A stretch of 27,304 nt of DNA from positions 1 to 27,304 of IMG/VR virus record IMGVR_UViG_3300023292_000044. One strand, written 5' to 3'. The notes beneath the pieces are model-generated. The model made no database searches. It saw only the letters and a list, made by a program, of their open reading frames with translations, and had not been told where the DNA came from. Positions 26,182-27,304 of this stretch are shown one piece after another. The translations under genes were made by a program, and so were the position numbers. Numbering within the stretch: position 1 is the stretch's first letter; every line of letters begins with the position of its first letter. The DNA comes from a virus. Lineage: Duplodnaviria; Caudoviricetes.

Positions 26182-27178
26182 CTTGTATCCCCTGTGTTTT
26201 ATTTAAGAAAGCAATGACCTCTTGAATATCACATGTATCAACATTCAGCATCACCCTTGTGGTATCTGCATTTTTTGAAACCAATTTAAGAACATGTGGT
26301 TTTGCAATCTCTTCTAATTTATTTGATAGATGCTCATATAATTTTGGACTGATCAATTCTTCAAAATTAACTGAATTTATTTTAGATGTAAATATTTCAG
26401 CGAATATTGGATTCTCCAAAGTGAGTTGACTTGCTATTAATCTAGACATATCAAACTCTTCAAAGCATTCCATTATTTTAACTTTAATACTATCTTCACC
26501 CAACATACCACCAGAATACTGTTCGATTTTAGTTTCGAGTATTTCATCCACCTGTCGTTGAAGTTCCCTAGGTAATAGACTATCTCGAACTTTTTCCCGG
26601 ATGACATCATCAGCAATATCCTCGATCTGGTTACCATCCAGATTTGTATCAACATTATCTGTTACAGCATCTCTAGCCATTTCTGTAATATCTGGACCAC
26701 ATATTTCATTTTCAACATAATTTGCAACAGCTTCCTCAATAATACTATCGGTTATATGGTCCCGAACTATTGTGGGTAAGTCAATCTCCCCAGAATTGAA
26801 AAGAGCATCTTGAATCAATCTATGCATACTTTCTGAAGCTTTAGCTCCTAAATCAATACCAGCAAGTTCAGCTTTAAGTGTCTCGTCTATAACAGTGTCT
26901 ATAGATTCACTATTAATGACAGTTACACATGCTTTAGAAAGAGAAGCAATTATTTGATCATCGGTAATGTTACCATTCACAATATCAGATAATACATGTT
27001 CGTTACTATTTAGATGGGCGGCAACAGCATTTGTAAATATCAATTTTAACAGATTTTGATCCCCACCAATTACGTCTATCATATGTTGACCCATTCGAGC
27101 AGTCAATGTTTTATCAACAACAGATGTTAGTAATTGGGTGAAGCTATCCATAATATTTAAATCAGATTCGTCCGGCAT
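26117..27178 (-). CDS. Acidic alpha-helical hypothetical protein
   Basis: 353-aa ORF with an AAGGGG SD. Asp/Glu/Ile-rich amphipathic helices. Confidence 0.75.
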   Translation of the reverse strand: MPDESDLNIMDSFTQLLTSVVDKTLTARMGQHMIDVIGGDQNLLKLIFTNAVAAHLNSNEHVLSDIVNGNITDDQIIASLSKACVTVINSESIDTVIDETLKAELAGIDLGAKASESMHRLIQDALFNSGEIDLPTIVRDHITDSIIEEAVANYVENEICGPDITEMARDAVTDNVDTNLDGNQIEDIADDVIREKVRDSLLPRELQRQVDEILETKIEQYSGGMLGEDSIKVKIMECFEEFDMSRLIASQLTLENPIFAEIFTSKINSVNFEELISPKLYEHLSNKLEEIAKPHVLKLVSKNADTTRVMLNVDTCDIQEVIAFLNKTQGIQDVKICGDEDSEAVELQSRQIG

Positions 27179-27189
27179 TTTATACCCCT

Positions 27190-27303
27190 TTAAATTTTAT
27201 ATTTCAGATTTGCCTTGTTAAACACAAGACTACATACCCCATTTAATTGGATATATATCTCTTCACAAATATCTTTCATTTCTTCTGAAGTCTGTCTATA
27301 TCT
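27190..27303 (-). CDS. C-terminal 37 aa of a gene entering from beyond the window (possibly ThyX-like)
   Basis: The frame is open from the edge: RYRQTSEEMKDICEEIYIQLNGVCSLVFNKANLKYKI*. Its stop lies just before the SD of the 27178 gene. Confidence 0.45.
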   Translation of the reverse strand, partial: RYRQTSEEMKDICEEIYIQLNGVCSLVFNKANLKYKI

Positions 27304-27304
27304 G

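Noticed and set aside
503-26655. Other short 60-98 aa ORFs nested in or antisense to major genes (e.g. 503..730, 3233..3415, 6311..6562, 8488..8784, 12306..12575, 18990..19175, 23076..23264, 26473..26655)
   Set aside because: They are largely or fully overlapped by well-supported genes and have atypical composition.
1-27304. tRNA, rRNA, CRISPR array or DGR template/variable repeats
   Set aside because: Intergenic gaps are short and explained. No cloverleaf, spaced direct repeats, adenine-variant repeat pair or reverse transcriptase was seen by eye.

Overview
AT-rich, densely coding window from a large contractile-tailed (myovirus-type, probably jumbo) phage genome, read in the standard code with bacterial-type Shine-Dalgarno sites. 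A + strand late block (1-12328) encodes two paralogous DUF2793-like fibre/adaptor proteins, a LamG lectin domain, a tail-fibre/baseplate adaptor, tail sheath, tail tube, a Zn-ribbon tail assembly/hub chaperone, gp25-like and gp6-like baseplate proteins, and a basic protein resembling the AR9 gp226/phiKZ gp68 sigma-like subunit. A convergent - strand block encodes a tube-initiator-like protein, tape measure, an HExxH metallopeptidase, terminase large subunit, a YGV-repeat endonuclease, a baseplate hub-like protein, an NAD-dependent DNA ligase, a DUF932-like protein and hypotheticals. Two signals are not captured by the ORF track. (1) Two structural genes each end just after a TTT_C site, and a start-less protein-like +1 frame continues from there: TTT-C9 at 1140 would add a LamG domain, and TTC_TTT_CGC at 6798 would add a chaperone 'GT-type' extension. 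(2) A recurrent GAACA(A)-W-rich motif precedes late genes on both strands and resembles the AACA late promoter of phage AR9. All family assignments come from motif recognition by eye, not from database searches.
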